Below are positions 58,022 through 64,000 of a stretch of 64,000 nucleotides of DNA, piece by piece. A program made the position numbers and the translations under genes. The notes beneath the pieces were generated by a model. The model was not told the DNA's origin, made no database searches, and saw nothing but the letters and a program-made list of their open reading frames with translations. How positions within the stretch are numbered: position 1 is the first letter of the stretch; each line of letters starts with the position of its first letter. Source of the stretch: an uncultured Acidobacteriota bacterium (GTDB taxonomy: Bacteria; Acidobacteriota; Terriglobia; Acidiferrales; UBA7541); contig CAVQZW010000007.1 of assembly GCA_963718785.1 (NCBI GenBank), positions 3,303 to 67,302 of the forward strand. The letters are read 5' to 3'.

Positions 58022-58288
58022 ATGAAGACGACCCTCGAAATTCCGGACGCCATCTTCCGCCGCGCCAAGTCGAAAGCCGCGGAAAGAGGCATTCCCCTGC
58101 GCCAGTTCGTCACCGAGGCAGTCGAAGACAAGCTGAAAAATTCCTCCTCGTCCGCCGAGCGGCCCTGGATGAAGCACGTCGGCAAGCTCAAACACCTGCA
58201 CAAAGAGATCGAACAGATTGACCGAGACATTGAAGAAGCCTTTGAAAAAATAGAGCCGGAAATGTGGACCCCGGAGCCTAAGGATTGA
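58022..58288 (+). CDS. Ribbon-helix-helix antitoxin (VapB/CopG-like)
   Basis: MKTTLEIPDAIFRRAKSKAAERG; overlaps the PIN gene by 4 nt. Confidence 0.85.
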   Translation: MKTTLEIPDAIFRRAKSKAAERGIPLRQFVTEAVEDKLKNSSSSAERPWMKHVGKLKHLHKEIEQIDRDIEEAFEKIEPEMWTPEPKD

Positions 58289-58662
58289 TTCTAGATACGA
58301 ACGCGGTCTCTTCCCTGGCCAAGGAGGATCCCGGCGTTAGCGCGGCGGCAGGAGCCGCAGGTCACCTGGCTCTACCTGTACCGGTCATTGGTGAATATCG
58401 TTATGGGATTGCGCTGTCTCAGGTCAGTGTGCGCTTGGCTAAATGGTTTGAAAGCTTAATAGCAGATTGCTTGGTACTTGAGGTCACCAACGAAACGACC
58501 CATCATTACGCTGCGATCAGAGTTGAGCTGCGGCGAATTGGCAAGCCCATTCCCGTTAATGACATCTGGATCGCCGCCCTCTGCCGTCAACACAATCTCC
58601 CTCTCTTGAGTCGAGACCGCCATTTCGACATCGTGCGCGGATTGAAGCGCGTCGGCTGGTAA
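58285..58662 (+). CDS. vapC: PIN-domain toxin
   Basis: ILDTN, VIGE, NDIWIAA, LSRDRHF acidic tetrad pattern. Confidence 0.9.
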   Translation: MILDTNAVSSLAKEDPGVSAAAGAAGHLALPVPVIGEYRYGIALSQVSVRLAKWFESLIADCLVLEVTNETTHHYAAIRVELRRIGKPIPVNDIWIAALCRQHNLPLLSRDRHFDIVRGLKRVGW

Positions 58663-58804
58663 TTCCTTTCCATGAATTCTGCGCCACGTACGTTTCGCTC
58701 GCCTCTCGGGCCAGGAAGGCCAAGGCTTAGCCGTCGCTTTTCCTGGTGCTGCAAGGAAGCTGCTGTCACGACTCAAGGATTCCTGAAGGAGACTTGCATC
58801 CTCG

Positions 58805-59371
58805 CTACTTGTAGACACTCATACGCAGCGGATCCGCCGGCCGATCCACAACCAGCTCCGCATGCTCGCGCCGAAACGTTTCCGCAATATGGCAGTTCCA
58901 GCAAACGGGCCAATGCGTCTTCATCGTTTCTTGCAGCTTTTCGGCAGGGATTTCGCTCCACTGCACCGTCTTCCGCTGCTCGTTCACAAGCGCTGGCGGG
59001 TGATCGTGCCAATGCAGCTCGCCAAAGGGTTTGTGGCAGTACACGCATTGCTGCCCGTGATACCACTGATTAACGATCGTCGAAACGAGACACGCCTTCG
59101 GCGCCTCTTCGATCTGCTGTAAGCACTCCTGCCCGCAGACTTCTCTCTCCGGCCAGCGCGAGCATGCGCTCAGCTTCAAATGCTCCTGCCCAAGCGCGGC
59201 TTCCACCGCCGCGCTGCCGGCTGCCACGCGCACTGCGGCAGCGTGATGCGTCTCCGGACACGATACAATTCTCTTTCCACGAAATTTCAGATAAGTGCGC
59301 AGCGCCCGGCTCAATCCAAACGCCAGAACACCCGCTGCCAGTATCACCAGGGCATAAAGGATATACGTCAT
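58805..59371 (-). CDS. Membrane-anchored Cys-rich protein with two CxxCH motifs
   Basis: AAGGGAG before ATG; N-terminal TM; CVYCH and CWNCH plus five other Cys. Confidence 0.75.
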   Translation of the reverse strand: MTYILYALVILAAGVLAFGLSRALRTYLKFRGKRIVSCPETHHAAAVRVAAGSAAVEAALGQEHLKLSACSRWPEREVCGQECLQQIEEAPKACLVSTIVNQWYHGQQCVYCHKPFGELHWHDHPPALVNEQRKTVQWSEIPAEKLQETMKTHWPVCWNCHIAETFRREHAELVVDRPADPLRMSVYK

Positions 59372-59553
59372 CGCTCGCTCCCTTCCGCCACTGGGCCAAC
59401 AAAACCCAGTGTGCCAACCCGCGTCGACAATCTTTCAGCGGCTCAGGAGCAACCGAATTCTAACGGCACGATTGCTCCCCCAGCTCGGCACTGGAGTCCT
59501 ATCCCGAGCCGCCACTAGGCCTTTACAGTTACACGCTCTACCCCCATTCGGCT

Positions 59554-60774
59554 GTGCCGTCGAGCACCCCGCGGAGTGACCTGCGTCACCAACCCGCTAG
59601 GAAGTGGCAAAACGTTCTGCTTGACCTGCGCAATGAGCGGGTCTACGCTCGCCGCAATCGGTCGGGGGCTTTCATGCGTTTCTTCTGCGAAGGGGCCCGG
59701 AATTTGGTGCCTGTGCGTGCTCGATTACGAGCGAGCGAGAGCTCGTGCCTGCGCATCCTGCGATCCGCAGCTCCCCTCGCCCGATTCTTCCTGCTCATAC
59801 TTCTTTTCTTGCTTTGTGCTCGTCCTGCTTGCTCCCAGGACAACGGAAGTGAGGTCAACGAGTTCCACGGCAGAGGCTCCGAGATTACGGTTACCGTCCA
59901 CGATAGTTCGGGAGAGCCCATCTCCTCAGCAGCAGTGGTGAAACTCTATCGCGATGGGACGATTCTAAGTCGGCAGGGAGAAACGTCTCGCGGAAGCGCG
60001 CTGCTGGTCGTGAACATTCTTGGTGAGTTCACCGTCATTGTCGAAGCGCCGGGATACCAAAGCGCGCAAAAAGAAGTCTCTGTTCAAATAACCGGACGGC
60101 TGCAAGTCGACGTTTATCTGCGGCGCCTTCCATCCGCCAAAAATCCGGAAGGTGTTCCGGGAAGACCGCTGCTAGCGCCGAAAGCAAAAGAAGCAATGGA
60201 AAAAAGTTTGCAAGCGCTTGGCGCAGACAAGTTGAGTGAAGCAGAGAAGTATGTCGGCCAGGCGATGCGCCTGGCCCCCGGTCATCCCGACGTCTTGTAC
60301 GTACAAGGTGTGGTGTGGTTGAAAGAGCGCAAGTGGACGCAAGCGCAAGGCGCTCTGGAAAAAGCCACCCAGATCGATCCCAGTCATGCGCGCGCTTTTG
60401 CGGCTTTAGGAATGGCGCTGTGCGATCAAGGGAAATGCGATGCGGCCATCGAACCGCTGCAAAAGTCGCTCCAACTGAATCCAGCTGGCACTTGGGAAAC
60501 GCGATGGACTCTCGCGAAAGCCTACTACCAGCATGCCCAATATGAAGACGCGCTGAAAATGTCGCAGGAGGCTCTGGCCGCGTCGAGCGGAAGGGCGCCC
60601 GAGATCGCGCTCCTGGTAGCCCAATCTCTTACAGCCGTTGGACACTACGAAGAAGCGGGGCAACTGCTCCGCGAATTTCTCCGCGATCACTCCGACCGCC
60701 GCGAAGCCGCCACCGCGCAACGTTGGCTGGAGCGCCTCTCCGCCAGCGCCAAAATTCAGCCTTACCCAAACTGA
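59554..60774 (+). CDS. Exported carboxypeptidase-regulatory-like + TPR protein (true start probably downstream)
   Basis: Hydrophobic FFLLILLFLLCARPACS, VTVHDSSGEP, and several TPR-like helices. Confidence 0.8.
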   Translation: MPSSTPRSDLRHQPARKWQNVLLDLRNERVYARRNRSGAFMRFFCEGARNLVPVRARLRASESSCLRILRSAAPLARFFLLILLFLLCARPACSQDNGSEVNEFHGRGSEITVTVHDSSGEPISSAAVVKLYRDGTILSRQGETSRGSALLVVNILGEFTVIVEAPGYQSAQKEVSVQITGRLQVDVYLRRLPSAKNPEGVPGRPLLAPKAKEAMEKSLQALGADKLSEAEKYVGQAMRLAPGHPDVLYVQGVVWLKERKWTQAQGALEKATQIDPSHARAFAALGMALCDQGKCDAAIEPLQKSLQLNPAGTWETRWTLAKAYYQHAQYEDALKMSQEALAASSGRAPEIALLVAQSLTAVGHYEEAGQLLREFLRDHSDRREAATAQRWLERLSASAKIQPYPN

Positions 60775-60906
60775 GGCAACACCAGAACTCACAGAGTGCG
60801 CCGTCCGATTCAAATGCTCCCCATCAGCCTTATCTGCATGGTGGAGCTGTAGACGTTGACCTGTAGAATGGCTGAACTCATACCGGGCACAAGTAAAGGA
60901 GCTTCG

Positions 60907-61761
60907 ATGATTCGTGTGCTCGTTGTTGGAGGTACTGGCACCGTTGGGCGCCAGGTGGTTTCTCAGTTGACGGCTAGGGGCGCGCAAGTCCGAGCGCTCG
61001 TGCGCAACCCAAGCGCGGCTAATCTCCCGCCACAGGTCGAAGTGGTACGCGGAGATCTCAACCTTCCCGAGACGCTCGATGTGTGCTTGGATGGTATCGA
61101 TGCCGTGTTCCTGGTGTGGACCGCCCCCGCGGCCGCTGTTGCTCCGGCTTTGGAACGAATTGTTAAACACTCGCGGCGCATCGTTTTCCTTTCGGCCCCG
61201 ATCAAAACGGCGCACCCGCTTTTCCAACAGCCCAACCCGCTCAAATCAATGGTCGAGCAGATTGAGCGGTTGATCGAAACATCAGGACGTGAATGGACCT
61301 TTCTGCGGCCCGGAATGTTCGCCGCAAATGCTTTGAGCTGGTGGGCGCCACAGATCCGCGCCGGCAATATCGTGCGCTGGCCATATCTATCCGCTCCGAC
61401 AGCGCCGATCGACGAGCGTGACATCGCCGCAGTCGCGGTTCGCTCGTTGTGTGAGGAGGGTCATGCCAGAGCGGAATATGTTCTGACCGGACCGCAATCG
61501 TTGACCCAATTCGAGCAAGTATCGACCATCGGCCGCGGGCTCGGCCGTCCTCTGCAAATCCAAGAAATCTCGCCAGACGAAGCACGACATGAGTTGCTCA
61601 GGATTGGGCCACTGGTTGCAGTGAATATGCTGCTCGACGCCTGGGCGGCTGCCATCGGTCAACCCGCGTTCATGACATCAACAGTTGCCGACATCACCGG
61701 AGCGCCCGCGCGAGCCTTCGCCGATTGGGTGACCGATCACTCCGCCGAGTTTCAAACGTGA
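60907..61761 (+). CDS. NmrA-like NAD(P)H-binding protein
   Basis: VLVVGGTGTVG, WTFLRPGMF, PIDERDIAAVA, LTGPQSLT. Confidence 0.9.
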   Translation: MIRVLVVGGTGTVGRQVVSQLTARGAQVRALVRNPSAANLPPQVEVVRGDLNLPETLDVCLDGIDAVFLVWTAPAAAVAPALERIVKHSRRIVFLSAPIKTAHPLFQQPNPLKSMVEQIERLIETSGREWTFLRPGMFAANALSWWAPQIRAGNIVRWPYLSAPTAPIDERDIAAVAVRSLCEEGHARAEYVLTGPQSLTQFEQVSTIGRGLGRPLQIQEISPDEARHELLRIGPLVAVNMLLDAWAAAIGQPAFMTSTVADITGAPARAFADWVTDHSAEFQT

Positions 61762-61810
61762 TCGCGAACTTCACCCAATCGCCCGCGGCGGAATTGACAT
61801 CGACGGTGTG

Positions 61811-63640
61811 CTAGTGATTTGCGGCTGGCGGTACGCCCGCTCCCTGAGGCGGGAGAGGTTTTGTGTCGCGGATGCCGGAGCCTTCGACAATCGTACAAAT
61901 CGAATCGGCTGGCACATTTTCTAGGATTTCGAGTTTGCCGCTGGGCCAACGGATTTCTACTGTTTCCATTTTTGTGGATTTGACGAGGCCGAAGTGGAGG
62001 CGAAGATCGTTTTGCGAGAGGTAGCTGTTGCCGCCACGGACTTCGGCGATTTGGCGAACGCCACCGGACTGAATAGTGACGCGCGCGCCGATGGCGGCGC
62101 GATTGCTCTTCGTGCCGATGAGTTTGAAGAGCACGCGGTGATTGCCATCATTGTTTTGGTTGAGCAGCAGAGTTGGCGCTTCGCCAACGTTTACCAGCAC
62201 AACGTCGATATTGCCGGTGTTGAAGATGTCGCCGAAGGCAGCGCCGCGGCGCGATTTTAACGGTAGTTCAGCTAGACCAGCTTCTTTCGAGACTTCGTCG
62301 AAAGTGCCGTCGCGATTGTTGCGCTCAAGAAAAAGCGGCTGGCGGTAGTGCGGGTTGTTGTCGAGCGTATCGATCTGCGGGTAGACGTGGCCACACGCAA
62401 TCAGGAGATCGAGCCAGCCGGTATTGGCCATGTCGAAAAAACTGGTGCCCCAGCAGACGTCCTGATAACTTGGCCGCCCAACACCCGATGGCCAGCTCAC
62501 ATCCTCGAACCCGTTTGCGCCAGTGTTACGCCAGAGCGCTTTGGGCTGCTCCTGAAATGTCGTGATGAATAAACTGAAGCGGCCGCTGTGGTCGTAATCG
62601 GCGAAGTCGATGCCCATGTTGCCAAGCTGTGTGCCGTCGCCGCTGAGAGAAATTCCGGAGAGCATGCCGACTTCGGAAAAAGTTCCGTTGTGATTGTTGT
62701 GATAGAGATAGTTGGGCACGGAATCGTTGGCGACGACGAGATCGGGCCAGCCATCGTTGTCGTAATCGGACCACATCGCGCCGAGGCCGTAGTAGCCGAT
62801 TTGATTGTGCACTCCGGCTTTCACGGAGACTTCTTCAAATGTGCCGTCGCCGCGATTGTGGTACAGCAAATCACTCTCGCCTTCGAGGCCCCAGGGGCCG
62901 CACTGCACTTGTAGTCCTTTGTACAAACAAAATTTGTTGCTCCCTGGCTCCGGCATGTGCGCAAGGTCCACGTGCACGTATCGAGAGACAAAGAGGTCGA
63001 CGTTGCCGTCGCGATCGTAATCGCCCCACGCGGCGCCGGTGCTGAAGCCGCCGCCACGGACACCGGCTTTTTCGGTGACGTCTTCAAACTTGCAATTCCC
63101 GAGATTGTGGTACAGGACGTTGCCGCCGTAGCCGGTTACGAAGAGGTCGAGTTTACCGTCGTTGTCGTAGTCGGCGACGGCGACGCCCATTCCCCAGCCG
63201 AGGCGCGTGAGTCCAGCTTGCTTGGTGATGTCCTTGAAGGTGCCGTCGGGCTCCTGATGATAAAGAGTGACCATGGGGTCTCCGCCTTTTTGGTAGCGGT
63301 CGACGGTGGAGCCGTTGACGGTGACGATATCGAGGCGGCCATCATCATCACAATCGAAGAGGCCTGCGCCGCCGCTCATCGATTCGATGATGTAGCGCTT
63401 TTCGCCAGTCGAGATGTGGGAGACCGTGAGGCCAACGGACTGGGCGATGTCTTTGAATTTGGGGACTGGAGAAAAACCGGGGCGGTCGACTTTGGGTTTT
63501 GGGAGTTTTGCGGAAGGCGGAAGAGGGACAGAGGTGCTTTGGGCGCGAAGGGGTTTCGGTGTCGTGGAACTTAGAAGCAGTAGAAGCGAAAGGATAAGAA
63601 GAGCGAAGAAGCGAGAGCGATGGCCGAGCATCGGAGGCAT
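61811..63640 (-). CDS. CRTAC1-family FG-GAP/ASPIC-UnbV protein
   Basis: Repeated DxDxDGxxD motifs; AIGARV, GNSYLSQN, LHFGL. Confidence 0.9.
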   Translation of the reverse strand: MPPMLGHRSRFFALLILSLLLLLSSTTPKPLRAQSTSVPLPPSAKLPKPKVDRPGFSPVPKFKDIAQSVGLTVSHISTGEKRYIIESMSGGAGLFDCDDDGRLDIVTVNGSTVDRYQKGGDPMVTLYHQEPDGTFKDITKQAGLTRLGWGMGVAVADYDNDGKLDLFVTGYGGNVLYHNLGNCKFEDVTEKAGVRGGGFSTGAAWGDYDRDGNVDLFVSRYVHVDLAHMPEPGSNKFCLYKGLQVQCGPWGLEGESDLLYHNRGDGTFEEVSVKAGVHNQIGYYGLGAMWSDYDNDGWPDLVVANDSVPNYLYHNNHNGTFSEVGMLSGISLSGDGTQLGNMGIDFADYDHSGRFSLFITTFQEQPKALWRNTGANGFEDVSWPSGVGRPSYQDVCWGTSFFDMANTGWLDLLIACGHVYPQIDTLDNNPHYRQPLFLERNNRDGTFDEVSKEAGLAELPLKSRRGAAFGDIFNTGNIDVVLVNVGEAPTLLLNQNNDGNHRVLFKLIGTKSNRAAIGARVTIQSGGVRQIAEVRGGNSYLSQNDLRLHFGLVKSTKMETVEIRWPSGKLEILENVPADSICTIVEGSGIRDTKPLPPQGAGVPPAANH

Positions 63641-64000
63641 TCTAACGCAAAGGAATAGCGAGCCCAAAACGGCGTGGTCGAGGAACGGAATTTGGTTAAC
63701 GACAATTTGCCTCCTCCCCGGGGGTTTTGTGTAAGTGTTCATTCTACAGGGAGATTAAGTCATTTGTTTTGATACACTTATATAAGTATTCATTCTAAAA
63801 GACTTGCGTGGACCGAAAGCAGCCAAGGCGATCTGCGATTTCTAAGCGTTGCGAGGAAACGAGAGTTGGCACGTCCAACTGAGGGAACCGCTCCGGGTTG
63901 AGCGGGAAGAGCGGAAGGGGTGGGTCCCTGCTATACTCGCGGCAAGAAAAAGGGCTGGTGAGCGGAGCAGGACGCGAACCAGATAGTGCGGCAATGAAGC

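Noticed and set aside
59428-59520. SAM-I riboswitch (minus strand ends CTGAAAGAT)
   Set aside because: The 5' ATCxAGAG, kink-turn and GCAACC elements are missing.

Overview
64 kb bacterial window. The gene repertoire (CarboxypepD_reg/Oar-type TonB receptor, CRTAC1/ASPIC protein, TPR protein, membrane GGDEF family) suggests Acidobacteriota; this is inference. There are three blocks. (1) 1-15925 is the right end of an integrated element, bounded by the 3' half of a tRNA-Arg(TCT) (att-like). It carries small hypothetical genes, a membrane degenerate-GGDEF/LuxR fusion, exported proteins, an orphan AbrB antitoxin, a six-repeat IPT/TIG protein, an AEP-primase/SF2-helicase fusion, and an IS3 element interrupted beside its frameshift site by an IS5-family element. 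(2) 15989-50286 is a 34 kb aromatic catabolism supercluster: pobA, pcaC, mdlC, TonB receptor, PcaR, pcaHG, a frameshifted aldehyde dehydrogenase, a MetE-like enzyme, a second IclR, vanA, three MFS transporters, a PQQ/heme c dehydrogenase with a lanthanide-type D-Y-D motif and a GMC pair. It ends in a tightly coupled 8-gene operon (acyl-CoA ligase, split PEP-synthase-like kinase, three-part biotin carboxylase, HAD phosphatase, CouO-like hydrolase) that matches the hydroxyacetophenone/acetovanillone (Hpe/Acv) pathway. (3) 50627-64000 holds a xylose/alpha-xyloside module, a vapBC pair and miscellaneous genes. No CRISPR array, rRNA or complete tRNA was seen. All family calls come from reading motifs by eye; no database search was run.
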